A stretch of 64,000 bases of DNA from an uncultured Rhodospirillales bacterium (GCA_964397465.1 CAYNIC010000001.1:381391-445390), one strand, 5' to 3'. Shown: positions 28,192 through 37,991, counted from the first letter of the stretch. Notes: a model not told the origin generated them from the sequence alone. Program-made: numbers and translations.

Positions 28192-28952
28192 TCTGAAAGT
28201 TTTGACGTAATTTCATTGATGGCCTCGCCCAGCCGATCCAAGTCTTGCGACGTGGACAACCGATGATCGCCGCCCTTGATAAGGGTCACAACGACATCAT
28301 CGCTTTGTACCGCGTCACTTAAGCGCTGCGACATCTGCCAAGGAACATCCTTATCCTGCAGACCGTGAAGCAAACGAACCGGTCCCGTAAAGGGAATCGA
28401 TTGCCTTAAAACCAAATGCCGTCGTCCGTCCTCGATCAACCGCAGCGTATAAGGCGTCGGCGCCGGCCCGTAGTCTGAGGGACTGTAAATAACCCCCTCG
28501 GCAACAAGACGCCGACGATCCTCGGGTGCAAGCGTTTGCCAAATCAACTCTTCGGTAAAATCAGGCCCCGCCGCCACGCCGACCAATCCCACGACCCGCT
28601 CCGGCCGACGCAAGGCCAACAACACCATCAACCATCCGCCCATGCTGGAGCCGACAAGAATTTGCGGCCCGGCGGTCATCTGATCAAATACGGCTGTGGC
28701 ATCATCCAGCCAGCGACCGATCGTTCCCTCGATGAATCGGCCTGAGGACTGACCATGGCCGGTATAGTCGAATCGGACATAGGCTTGGCCCCGATTGCGG
28801 CAAAATTCACTCAGATAGCTCGCCTTGCTGCCGGTCATGTCCGAGCCGAATCCGCCCAGAAACATGACGCCAGGCGTCTTTCCCGGCTGCACCTGGCAGG
28901 CCAAGGTCTGTCCGTTATATTTTAGCTGGCGCTGGGGGTCGTCTCGTGTCAT
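28188..28952 (-). CDS. alpha/beta-fold hydrolase
   Basis: 254 aa with the nucleophile elbow GSSMGG and a C-terminal GGDH. Confidence 0.8.
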   Translation of the reverse strand: MTRDDPQRQLKYNGQTLACQVQPGKTPGVMFLGGFGSDMTGSKASYLSEFCRNRGQAYVRFDYTGHGQSSGRFIEGTIGRWLDDATAVFDQMTAGPQILVGSSMGGWLMVLLALRRPERVVGLVGVAAGPDFTEELIWQTLAPEDRRRLVAEGVIYSPSDYGPAPTPYTLRLIEDGRRHLVLRQSIPFTGPVRLLHGLQDKDVPWQMSQRLSDAVQSDDVVVTLIKGGDHRLSTSQDLDRLGEAINEITSKLSD

Positions 28953-28998
28953 TAGGCGGTACGGCCTTGAATTTCAAAGGGTTGGTAATACGGCAACA

Positions 28999-30237
28999 AT
29001 GACGTCTGATTCCTCCATACCGGCAACCATTCCGACCTGGCTTGCCGCAGCCGCCAGACGCCCCCGGGTTGGCGGGAGCGGCCCCACAGTATTACAGGTC
29101 CTGCCCAGTCTTGAAAGCGGCGGCGGCGGCGTCGAGCGATCAACCTTGGACATTGCCAGCGCCCTTGCCGGCGCAGGATGGCGTCCCGTGGTGGCCTCCA
29201 GCGGCGGAGATCTGGTCCATGACCTGGTGCGCATCGGCGCCCCTCATGTCATCCTGCCGCTTGCCTCCAAGAATCCGATCGCCTTGTGGCACAATATTTC
29301 CCGGTTGGAATATTTAATCGAGGCCCATGAGGTGAAGTTGATTCATGCCCGCAGCCGTGCCCCGGCGTGGAGCGCTTATTTCGCCGCAAAGCGCAGCGGC
29401 CTTCCCTTCGTCACCACGGTCCATGGTACCTATAATGCCAATAATCCGTTGAAGCATTTCTACAACCGGATCATGACCAAGGGCGACATCATCATCGCCA
29501 ATTCTGAGTTCACCGCCGCCTATGTGCGCCAGCATTACGGCATTGATGAAACGCGGCTGCGGGTCATTCCGCGCGGCATAGATCTGGTGCGCTTTGATCC
29601 GGCGTCGGTATCGTCGGAACGGGTGATCAAACTCGCTCGCGCCTGGCGTTTACCCGAAGATTTGCCCATCGTCATGCTTCCCGGCCGCTTAACACGCTGG
29701 AAGGGGCAAGCGATTTTGATCGAAGCCTTGGCGCGATTAGGCCGCAAGGATATCCGATGCGTCTTGGTCGGATCGGATCAAGGGCGCAGCACCTATCGCC
29801 GCGAGTTGGAATCCAAAGCCAAGGCCGCGGGTTTAAGCGAGATCCTTCAAGTGGTCGATCACTGCGCCGATATGCCTGCCGCCTATAAGTTGGCGAGTGT
29901 CGTCGTTTCCGCATCAACCGACCCCGAAGCCTTCGGCCGGATCGCCGTCGAAGCCCAAGCCATGGAGCGACCCGTCATTGCCACCGATCATGGCGGCAGC
30001 CGCGAGACGGTGAAACCGAGCGCCGCCGCATGGTTGACACCGCCCGGGGGTGTCGCCGCCTTGACCGAAGCCTTATCGGCCGCTCTTACTCTGACACCGA
30101 AGATTCGCGACGCCGCAACGAAAGAAGCGGCCGAGTTTGTCCGCGCAAACTATGACCGCGAGTTGATGGGCAAGCGCACCTTAGCGGTCTACGAAGAGCT
30201 GTTAGGCAAGCAGCCCAACGTTTCTCTTTCCTTGTAA
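28999..30237 (+). CDS. glycosyltransferase family 4 (GT-B, RfaG-like)
   Basis: It has ESGGGGVERS in the N-terminal domain and the EAFGRIAVEAQAME E-x7-E motif. The start at MTSDSS (28999) avoids overlap with the divergent hydrolase gene. Confidence 0.85.
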   Translation: MTSDSSIPATIPTWLAAAARRPRVGGSGPTVLQVLPSLESGGGGVERSTLDIASALAGAGWRPVVASSGGDLVHDLVRIGAPHVILPLASKNPIALWHNISRLEYLIEAHEVKLIHARSRAPAWSAYFAAKRSGLPFVTTVHGTYNANNPLKHFYNRIMTKGDIIIANSEFTAAYVRQHYGIDETRLRVIPRGIDLVRFDPASVSSERVIKLARAWRLPEDLPIVMLPGRLTRWKGQAILIEALARLGRKDIRCVLVGSDQGRSTYRRELESKAKAAGLSEILQVVDHCADMPAAYKLASVVVSASTDPEAFGRIAVEAQAMERPVIATDHGGSRETVKPSAAAWLTPPGGVAALTEALSAALTLTPKIRDAATKEAAEFVRANYDRELMGKRTLAVYEELLGKQPNVSLSL

Positions 30238-30280
30238 AACGACTGCACTCTTGCCGGCCTTTGCTTCGCAAAAATTCCTC

Positions 30281-30309
30281 TTGACTTTAAGATGAATGTT
30301 CGCTATATG
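30281..30309 (+). promoter_or_regulatory. candidate sigma-70 promoter
   Basis: TTGACT (30281-30286), a 17-nt spacer, then TATATG (30304-30309). It lies about 145 nt upstream of the 30453 ATG. Confidence 0.3.
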
Positions 30310-30452
30310 TTCTGCATGAGGCCCAAGCTGTGTCTAAAGTTAAAACCTTAAAAGTCCTGGTTTTCTAGGCCTCATAGCATTATCTCCGGCGCTTTTTTGT
30401 GCTTCACCCGCCCCGTGCAAAACCGTGGCGGGTTAATTTTTGGGAGAAACAG

Positions 30453-31829
30453 ATGACTTTTCGCCCGTGGCAAAACTTTCCTCCGCTGCAGTTAAAAGAT
30501 CTTCTCGCGAGTAATGCTTCGGCTGATGAGGAGGATGTGCTGAACGTCAAACAACGATTGAACGCCTCCGGTCATTATGAGGAGCCGAGCTATGGCATGA
30601 CGCGGTATCCGGACAATCGACTTTTTGACGGGATCAAATCGTTTCAGCGCGATCAGGGCTTGACCGTCGATGGTTATATGCGTCCGGGCGGCGAGACCGA
30701 AGCGGCGTTGAACAAGGCGATGGCGGACCGCACGCCGCACGATCCGTTGAGTGAACGGCAGGAAGCGATCATCGCCTTTGCCAAGAAATACGGCATGGCC
30801 GAGGACAAGGCGCGGGAATACATGACTAAGCCCTCGATCTTTAAAACATCAGGACAGCGCTCTGTTACGGCAGCTCCGCAGGTGGCGGAAAATTCTTCGC
30901 AACTCAAAAACAAGACGCAACCTCAAACTATACAGGATGCCGCCTCGGCCCCACAAAAATATCAGCAGGGGAATGCCTTTCGCGCGCAAGTTTCTGCGAC
31001 TGCCGAGGCAGCGCGGCGCAATGCCTATGACGGACCGCGATATAGTTCAGGTGTGGCCGTTGATAACCTGCGAACACAGTATCCGCCGAAGAAAAAATCC
31101 TTTGTCGTCGCAACGCCTGCAACCGCGGATCAGCCCGAGGTTTTAAAGCCGGAATGGCATGAATATTTTAACGCCGTCATGGCTGATCGGGCGGCCCCAC
31201 GGCAGGCAAATGCCCAGAAAAATCTTTTTGCCAGTGAGGGTGGAATGAAAACGCCCAACAAAGACACAACTCCCGGAGGATTCCTTCCTCAAACGCGCAA
31301 CGATCTTCTTGGCCTTATCAATAAAACCGACGCTGAGCTGGATAAACACCCCACACGCCGGCAAGCCTTGAACCGGTTGCGCGCAGCAGGGTTGACGACT
31401 GAAGATAGTTTCAAAAAAGCTTCCCCCAGTCAGGTTGCCGCGGCGCACCGCGCTTATTTTGATCATGTGCTTGCTCCTGCAGGAGGGTTTGATGCGATCG
31501 AAACCATTCGCGATGACCATGCCGCCAGCGCCTTGGCCGATGTCATGTTTCAGCATGGGGCCAGTGGCGGAACCCTGATCCTTCAACGCGCCATAAATCA
31601 GCGGCTAAAGGAACTCGATGAATCCATTCATTTGAATGAAGACCAGAAAATGGGCCCTAACGTTCTGACGTATTACAATCATCTGGTTTCAGAACAAGGC
31701 AGCCGCGATTTGCTCCTGGATCAATTAGCGGATGAGCGGCGGCGTTACATGGAAGAAAATAATCAGCCTATCGGCCCTGGCGAGGAAACCCGCTTTAACT
31801 ATTATAGGGGCTCGCGGCGCAGCCACTGA
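30453..31829 (+). CDS. leaderless peptidoglycan-binding protein with a possible GH108-like muramidase region
   Basis: The N-terminus has VLNVKQRLNASGHY...FDGIKSFQRDQGLTVDGYMRPGGETEAAL, a PG_binding_1 pattern. The C-terminal half has ASEGGMKTPNKDTTPGG and ALADVMFQHGASGGTLILQRAIN, which resemble the GH108 EGGY..D..GG and D.avn.G...a...lQ.al motifs. The ATG at 30453 is preceded by GGGAGA. Confidence 0.5.
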   Translation: MTFRPWQNFPPLQLKDLLASNASADEEDVLNVKQRLNASGHYEEPSYGMTRYPDNRLFDGIKSFQRDQGLTVDGYMRPGGETEAALNKAMADRTPHDPLSERQEAIIAFAKKYGMAEDKAREYMTKPSIFKTSGQRSVTAAPQVAENSSQLKNKTQPQTIQDAASAPQKYQQGNAFRAQVSATAEAARRNAYDGPRYSSGVAVDNLRTQYPPKKKSFVVATPATADQPEVLKPEWHEYFNAVMADRAAPRQANAQKNLFASEGGMKTPNKDTTPGGFLPQTRNDLLGLINKTDAELDKHPTRRQALNRLRAAGLTTEDSFKKASPSQVAAAHRAYFDHVLAPAGGFDAIETIRDDHAASALADVMFQHGASGGTLILQRAINQRLKELDESIHLNEDQKMGPNVLTYYNHLVSEQGSRDLLLDQLADERRRYMEENNQPIGPGEETRFNYYRGSRRSH

Positions 31830-32560
31830 CGGTAGTTCTTTATGGCGGGTCCAGGACGCGCCGCCGAGACATTGATAGACTCGCAAGAAGGAAGGTTTGG
31901 AAGATCCTTGCCTAGAAAAATCTTTTCATTTCCTGGAGAAACAGAAAATTTATAGATTCTTCCCTGCGTAGGATGCGCATCCCAAAGCAAAATCCATTCC
32001 GCCGCGATTTTACGCATAATGAACATACTACCGGCGATATGTTCCAGGCAGCAGTCGGAGACCTTGCCGTTACTGGCTTTACCGCACATATTCCAAAACA
32101 CGTCAATAAGGATATCGCCTTCTTGAAATTGAACGGGAGGAATATCGCCCCACATGTAATTGCCCGCCCAGATAAATTCCGCCATGGTTTTTTCCTCAAG
32201 GCGGGTAACAGCATTAAGTCTATAAACGATCAATCCGGTGTGGGGATAAGGGATGCCGGGATATCTCTCAAAACTTTTATCCCAGTAATCAGGATCTTTA
32301 CGCGCGATGCGGCATAGCTCGATCTTCTTGCGGGTCTTACAAGCCAGAGCGGTTTCGACGACGCACAAGGGCGAGGTGTTTTTACCGATGCAGTGGCTGG
32401 TGGTAAGTTTTTGATTCCAGCCCAGACTCCACCAGGTATATTCCGGCGTGGGATCGGGGAAATCCGACAGGGATGCCGCCGCCCAACCCGCGTTGTTGAT
32501 GGTCGCAATCTTTTGGGCTGCTTCGCCACTAGCGGTGAGGCCAAACCATAAGGCCATCAT
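31802..32560 (-). CDS. hypothetical Cys/Trp-rich, probably exported protein
   Basis: 252-aa ORF with lower GC than its surroundings. The hydrophobic N-terminus MMALWFGLTASGEAA continues upstream in frame (RLSLSVII) without any ATG/GTG/TTG. I recognised no family. Confidence 0.5.
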   Translation of the reverse strand: MMALWFGLTASGEAAQKIATINNAGWAAASLSDFPDPTPEYTWWSLGWNQKLTTSHCIGKNTSPLCVVETALACKTRKKIELCRIARKDPDYWDKSFERYPGIPYPHTGLIVYRLNAVTRLEEKTMAEFIWAGNYMWGDIPPVQFQEGDILIDVFWNMCGKASNGKVSDCCLEHIAGSMFIMRKIAAEWILLWDAHPTQGRIYKFSVSPGNEKIFLGKDLPNLPSCESINVSAARPGPAIKNYRQWLRREPL

Positions 32561-32658
32561 GATGATAACGGATAAAGAAAGACGACCGATAAAAGACTAC
32601 CAAATGCAGGCTCATACCCTCTAAACGAGCATATCAGCCCGCATGGCGGTAGGCAAGA

Positions 32659-32970
32659 TTAACCGGTTTTATCACTAACCTTTACCCCCGCCCGGCAAAA
32701 CCGCGGCGGTTTTGCTCGATACTCTTCCGCCCTAACGGAGCCGCTGGAATCCACGCCATCCAGCGCGCCATCAATCAAGTTAGACCGCGCAGCGTGACGG
32801 AAGACGGCATCATGGGATCCGAGACATTTCAGCTGTACCAGCAACTGGCCGATGATCCCGATGCCCGGCGCATAGGTTTGTGATGCTGCATCCTCGGCAC
32901 TCGCCAGATTTGTCCCAACAAACCATAACGCTATCGAAACGATCGACCGAAAAATAAGCTGCAACATCAT
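32659..32970 (-). CDS. hypothetical small secreted protein
   Basis: 103 aa with a clear signal peptide MMLQLIFRSIVSIALWFVGTNLASA. I recognised no family. Confidence 0.4.
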   Translation of the reverse strand: MMLQLIFRSIVSIALWFVGTNLASAEDAASQTYAPGIGIIGQLLVQLKCLGSHDAVFRHAARSNLIDGALDGVDSSGSVRAEEYRAKPPRFCRAGVKVSDKTG

Positions 32971-33158
32971 GTTACCTTGTTACCCGTATGGCGAGTATAT
33001 AGATGCGTTTCAAAGAAGCCCAGAATTTAACGCAAAGTCACGTACATCCAAGTTTATGAATGCCTGATACGATACCTGCCTTGCGCCCTTGCCCGGCTTA
33101 GGCCAGGTGCGCTAAACCACAGGACCATATTAACTTTCTAGAAGAAGGAACAGACACC

Positions 33159-35099
33159 GTGAACGCGCCTGCCTCTATCAACCTCACCCTGCCCGATGGA
33201 TCCGTGCGCACTGTCGCCGCCGGAACCACCGGCGCCGAGGTTGCGGCGGCGATCGGTCCGGGTCTGGCCAAGGCCGCGTTGGCGATACGCATCAATGGAA
33301 CTCTGCGGGATCTTGAGGCGCCTCTTCGCCAGGATGCGAAGCTTGAAATCGTCACCGCCAAGGACAAAAATTCCGACGAGGTTCTGGAGCTGCTGCGTCA
33401 CGACTGCGCCCATGTTTTGGCGCAAGCGGTGCAAGAACTTTATCCCGGAACGCAAATCACCTTCGGACCATCGATCGAAAACGGTTTCTATTACGATTTC
33501 CATCGCAACGCGCCCTTCACACCCGATGATTTTCCGGCGATCGAAAAGCGCATGCATGAGATCGTCGATCGCAACCTGTCCATCAAGCGCGAAGTGTGGA
33601 ACCGCGCCGACGCGGTGAAATTTTTCGAAAAGTCCGGCGAGCGATTTAAGGCCGAACATGTGGCGAGCCTGCCCGATAGCGAAGAAATCTCGGTTTATCG
33701 TCAGGGCGAATGGCTTGATCTTTGTCTTGGACCCCATCTGCCGTCGACAGCCAAACTGGGCCATGCCTTCAAGTTGACCAAGGTGTCCGGTGCCTACTGG
33801 CGCGGTGATGCCAATAACCCGCAGCTGCAGCGCATCTACGGCACCTGTTGGCGCGATGAAAAAGAGTTGAAGGCTTATCTCACCCTCTTAGAGGAAGCGG
33901 AGAAACGCGATCATCGTCGTCTTGGCCGGGAAATGAATTTGTTTCATCTGCAAGAGGAAGCGGTGGGTTCGATTTTCTGGCATCCTAAAGGCTGGACGCT
34001 CTATCGCACGCTTGAAACCTACATTCGTCAGCGCCTTGATCGTGAAGGTTATGTCGAGGTGAAGACGCCCCAGCTGGTTGATCGCAGTCTGTGGGAAATG
34101 TCAGGCCACTGGGAAAAATTCCGCGAGCATATGTTTTTGGCCACCACCGAGGACGACAAGGTTCTGGCGTTAAAACCCATGAACTGTCCCTGCCATGTGC
34201 AGATTTTCCGCCAGGGCCTCAAAAGCTATCGCGAGCTGCCGATCCGCATGGCGGAATTCGGCTCGTGCCATCGTTACGAGCCGTCGGGCGCCTTGCACGG
34301 AATTATGCGGGTCCGCGCCTTTACCCAGGATGACGCCCATATCTTCTGCACCGAGGATCAGATTACGACCGAGAGCAAAACGTACTGCGATCTGCTGCGC
34401 AATGTTTATCGCGATCTCGGCTTTACCGATGTGAAGGTGAAATTCTCGGATCGCCCGGAGAAACGCGCTGGCAGCGACGCGACCTGGGACAAGGCCGAGA
34501 CGGCGTTGCGGGCGGCGGCCGAGGCGGCCGGGATCGAAGTGATCTTGAATCCCGGCGAGGGCGCCTTCTATGGACCCAAGCTGGAGTTTGTCCTGCGGGA
34601 TGCCATCGGCCGCGAATGGCAATGCGGAACCCTGCAGGTCGATCTGGTTCTGCCGGAACGGTTGGATGCCAATTACATTGGTGAGGACGGGCAAAAGCAC
34701 CGGCCGGTCATGTTGCATCGGGCGATGCTGGGGTCGTTTGAGCGGTTCATCGGCATTCTGCTGGAACATTATGCGGGCAAGCTGCCCCTCTGGCTGGCTC
34801 CGGTCCAAGTGGTCGTCACCAGCATCACCAATGAGGTCGACGGCTATGCCCGGGACGTCGCCGCAGCCTTGAAAGCCAAGGGGATTCGGGCCGAACTGGA
34901 CCTCCGCAACGAGAAAATCAACTACAAGGTGCGGGAACACTCCCTGGCCAAGGTGCCGGTTATCCTGGCTGTGGGCGGCAGGGAAGCTCAGGATCAGACG
35001 GTATCAATGCGCCGTCTCGGCAGCCAGAGCCAAGAAACCCTTGCACTTGAAGCCGCGGTCAATATGCTGGCGACCGAAGGGGCCATGCCGGTACAGTAA
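33159..35099 (+). CDS. thrS: threonine--tRNA ligase
   Basis: 646 aa with a TGS N-terminus, the editing domain [10 protein letters not shown], class II motifs (FRHE-like [23 protein letters not shown]) and a C-terminal anticodon-binding domain. It starts at GTG. Confidence 0.95.
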   Translation: MNAPASINLTLPDGSVRTVAAGTTGAEVAAAIGPGLAKAALAIRINGTLRDLEAPLRQDAKLEIVTAKDKNSDEVLELLRHDCAHVLAQAVQELYPGTQITFGPSIENGFYYDFHRNAPFTPDDFPAIEKRMHEIVDRNLSIKREVWNRADAVKFFEKSGERFKAEHVASLPDSEEISVYRQGEWLDLCLGPHLPSTAKLGHAFKLTKVSGAYWRGDANNPQLQRIYGTCWRDEKELKAYLTLLEEAEKRDHRRLGREMNLFHLQEEAVGSIFWHPKGWTLYRTLETYIRQRLDREGYVEVKTPQLVDRSLWEMSGHWEKFREHMFLATTEDDKVLALKPMNCPCHVQIFRQGLKSYRELPIRMAEFGSCHRYEPSGALHGIMRVRAFTQDDAHIFCTEDQITTESKTYCDLLRNVYRDLGFTDVKVKFSDRPEKRAGSDATWDKAETALRAAAEAAGIEVILNPGEGAFYGPKLEFVLRDAIGREWQCGTLQVDLVLPERLDANYIGEDGQKHRPVMLHRAMLGSFERFIGILLEHYAGKLPLWLAPVQVVVTSITNEVDGYARDVAAALKAKGIRAELDLRNEKINYKVREHSLAKVPVILAVGGREAQDQTVSMRRLGSQSQETLALEAAVNMLATEGAMPVQ

Positions 35100-35102
35100 G
35101 TA

Positions 35103-35129
35103 CCGCCGTTAAACAACGGGTGGTCTTTT
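35103..35129 (+). terminator. imperfect hairpin plus T-run between thrS and infC (terminator or attenuator)
   Basis: CCGCCGTT, loop aaac, AACGGGTGG, followed by TCTTTT. Confidence 0.35.
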
Positions 35130-35227
35130 CAACCGGCGACTTCCTAGTCTATAAAACCATCGGCATATCGCGCCAAAGCCAGGGTCGCGGTCTCTGCCTA
35201 CTATTTTAACGTCTGAGGAGATTGGTT

Positions 35228-35773
35228 ATCGTCCGTCCTGCCACCACCGAAAACAACGCCCCTGTCCGTGATAACGGCCCACGCGTTAACGAGAAAATCT
35301 ATGCCCCCTCCATCCGTGTCATCGGCGCCGATGGCGAAATGATCGGGGTCATGAGTGTCCGCGAAGCGATCGGCCTTGCCGAACAAGCCGGCCTCGATCT
35401 GGTTGAGATCAGCCCCAACGCCGAACCACCGGTCTGCAAGATCCTCGACTACGGCAAGTACAAATACGAAGAGCAAAAACGCCGCAACGAAGCGCGCAAG
35501 AAACAAAAGGTCATCGAGATCAAAGAGATCAAGATGCGCCCCACCATCGACGATCACGACTATGACGTGAAGATGAAGGCGATCCATAAGTTTCTAGCCG
35601 AAGGCGACAAGGTGAAGATCACCCTGCGCTTTCGCGGCCGGGAAATGGCCAACCAAGCCTTAGGCATGAAGCTGATGGACCGCGTTCAGGCCGACACCGC
35701 CGCCGATGCCAAACTTGAACAATCCGCTAAGTTCGAAGGCCGGCAAATGATCATGGTGATCGCGCCGAAGTAA
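35228..35773 (+). CDS. infC: translation initiation factor IF-3
   Basis: It has GPRVNEKI...[13 protein letters not shown]...[26 protein letters not shown]. The probable start is the ATC at 35228, 7 nt after GAGGAG. The ORF track TTG at 35222 is only 1 nt from the SD. Confidence 0.9.
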   Translation: MVRPATTENNAPVRDNGPRVNEKIYAPSIRVIGADGEMIGVMSVREAIGLAEQAGLDLVEISPNAEPPVCKILDYGKYKYEEQKRRNEARKKQKVIEIKEIKMRPTIDDHDYDVKMKAIHKFLAEGDKVKITLRFRGREMANQALGMKLMDRVQADTAADAKLEQSAKFEGRQMIMVIAPK

Positions 35774-35850
35774 CGGTGCGATTTCTCTACCAGTTTTAAA
35801 TGACAGGTAAGGCTCTCATTGGTAGCATTCTCTAGCTATGGGGGAATGCT

Positions 35851-36627
35851 ATGAACGAATGGCTGCTGAAGGCACTTAAGTGGAGCGGTGCGCTATTATT
35901 AATGAGCGCGGTCCTTTTCGCTTTAGGTTTAGTTGCTCTCAGCGCTATTGCTATGGGGATTGACTGGGACTTTAAACTTACGACCCTCCCTAATCTCATA
36001 ACGCGCTATAGCGAGCTGATAACTGGACTAATCACTGGTATTCTTGCCTTAGGAGGCGGCGCAATAGTTCTTATTGCCGGAAGAGAACAAATCTCCGCTC
36101 AAAAAGAAGGACAACAACAGCAAATTGAAATAGATCGCCACGCCAAATTTGATCAAATCATCTTTGATCGAAGAAACTTAGCGACAATCTTAGCTGCTGA
36201 GATTAAAATTTCTGGTACTAACCTATATCGTCTGCAGCGTATTCTGCGTGAGATACAAAATAACTTTGAAGACGAATCAGAAAAACTTCAGGTATCAAAA
36301 AATGCTCTGAAAAATACTTTGCATATATATGTAGTTGATATTACTGGAAGGCTTTCCGATAATTTTGGGCTCCTTCCTCGCAGTGCAGTTAGCATGATTA
36401 TGCTCTATCAGCAGCAGCTAAATGAGTTCCGGCATATTACTCCGCAATTTGAATCATCTGCCGATAAGATAATCAAAATTATTGAAAACATAATTAAAAT
36501 TGCATTCCATTTACATATTTTGCTTTCGGCTATTGCTGAAAACATTACTCATGAAAAGCAAGACTATGACAGTGTAGCTGACAAAGATAAATTTTGGGGC
36601 GTTGATAGCTTAGAGGATCCTTACTAA
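35851..36627 (+). CDS. hypothetical membrane protein (two N-terminal TM helices plus a helical cytoplasmic domain), AT-rich orphan
   Basis: 258-aa ORF. TM1 is ALLLMSAVLFALGLVALSAIAMGI and TM2 is LITGLITGILALGGGAIVLIAG. The rest is predicted helical and rich in Q/E/K/I/N. The DNA is visibly AT-richer than the flanks. I recognised no family. Confidence 0.6.
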   Translation: MNEWLLKALKWSGALLLMSAVLFALGLVALSAIAMGIDWDFKLTTLPNLITRYSELITGLITGILALGGGAIVLIAGREQISAQKEGQQQQIEIDRHAKFDQIIFDRRNLATILAAEIKISGTNLYRLQRILREIQNNFEDESEKLQVSKNALKNTLHIYVVDITGRLSDNFGLLPRSAVSMIMLYQQQLNEFRHITPQFESSADKIIKIIENIIKIAFHLHILLSAIAENITHEKQDYDSVADKDKFWGVDSLEDPY

Positions 36628-37991
36628 TACGCCAGTTCTTGGAATACAGGATCGACCGATCCGTTCCAGCGATCACGATAGGCGATCAGCAGGTCATCCG
36701 CGAGGGTGCGGCCACTGTCGATCACCCGGTGCAGAGGCTCCAGATACTGAGTTTCATTTTCCGCCAGGTTGCCGCGGCGTGCGCGACGGGCAAGACCTGC
36801 CTCCGCAAGCGTCATCACTTCGCGGCCGATATCCTGCAGGCTACGTCCGTTAACCGTCGCGGCAAGACCAAGCTTCGGCGCATCAAGACGAAACTTCTCG
36901 CGGGTCTCTTGGCGCCAGCCTTTGACCAGATCCCAGGCTGCATCCAAGCTGACGTCGTCGTAAAGCAATCCCACCCACAAGGCGGGCAAAGCGCACAATC
37001 GGCTCCACGGACCGCCGTCGGCGCCGCGCATTTCAAGGTACTGCTTTAATCGCACTTCGGGGAAAGCCGTCGTCATATGATCGGCAAAATCGCTCATCAC
37101 CGGTTTTTGTCCCGGATAGGCGGGCAGGCTGCCGTTTAAGAAATCCTTGAAGGATTGCCCCGAGGCATCAATGTAGCGCCCGTCGCGATAGACAAAATAC
37201 ATGGGCACATCCAAAACCCAATCGGCCCACCGCTCGAACCCAAATCCGTCTTCAAACACAAAGGCGGGTATTCCCGTCCGATCGGGATCGGTATCGGTCC
37301 ATACCTGGCCGCGCCACGACAGATATCCCGACGGCTTGCCTTCCTTGAACGGTGAGTTGGCGAACAACGCCGTCGCCAAGGGCTGCAAGGCCAAGGCGAC
37401 GCGGAACTTTTTCACCATGTCGGCTTCACTCGAAAAATCGAGATTCACCTGCACGGTGCAGGTCCGCAGCATCATGTCGAGACCTTGGTTGCCTTTTTTC
37501 GGCATGTAGTTGCGCATGATGCGGTAGCGCCCCTTGGGCATCCACGGCACATCGTCGCGCGGCCACTTCGGATCAAAACCAAGCCCGACCATACCGATAC
37601 CCAGTTCGTTGCCGATCTCCTTGACTTGGGTGAGATGGGTGCCGACTTCGGCGCAGGTTTGATGCAAGGTTTCCAGGGGTGCCCCGGATAATTCTACCTG
37701 TCCGCCGGGCTCAAGACTGACGGTCGCGCCTTTATTGTCGGTGAGGCCGATCAGCGTTTCACCTTCACGAACCGGCTTCCACCCAAACCTTTGCAAGCCT
37801 TCGAGTAGGGCGCTGATACCGTTAGGACCCTCGTACTCCAGCCGGCGAAGATCATTCAGACGAAAGGCGAATTTCTCGTGCTCGGTGCCGATCTTCCACG
37901 CATCCCGCGGGCGCGATCCTTTGGCGATATAATCGATGATCTGCTGTTTATTCTCGATCGGTCCGCCGGAAGTTGCGACAGGAATGGACAT
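36624..37991 (-). CDS. gshA: glutamate--cysteine ligase, plant/alphaproteobacterial type (GCS2)
   Basis: About 455 aa with GTEHEKF, SLEPGGQVELSGAP and TCTVQVNLD, typical of the plant-type gamma-ECL. The start at MSIPVA (37991) lies just after the rsmE stop. Confidence 0.9.
   Translation of the reverse strand: MSIPVATSGGPIENKQQIIDYIAKGSRPRDAWKIGTEHEKFAFRLNDLRRLEYEGPNGISALLEGLQRFGWKPVREGETLIGLTDNKGATVSLEPGGQVELSGAPLETLHQTCAEVGTHLTQVKEIGNELGIGMVGLGFDPKWPRDDVPWMPKGRYRIMRNYMPKKGNQGLDMMLRTCTVQVNLDFSSEADMVKKFRVALALQPLATALFANSPFKEGKPSGYLSWRGQVWTDTDPDRTGIPAFVFEDGFGFERWADWVLDVPMYFVYRDGRYIDASGQSFKDFLNGSLPAYPGQKPVMSDFADHMTTAFPEVRLKQYLEMRGADGGPWSRLCALPALWVGLLYDDVSLDAAWDLVKGWRQETREKFRLDAPKLGLAATVNGRSLQDIGREVMTLAEAGLARRARRGNLAENETQYLEPLHRVIDSGRTLADDLLIAYRDRWNGSVDPVFQELAY

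Noticed and set aside
33138-34940. 208-aa and 256-aa minus-strand ORFs (33138..33764 and 34170..34940).
   Set aside because: Both lie antisense within thrS, whose identity is certain, and I recognised no motifs in them.
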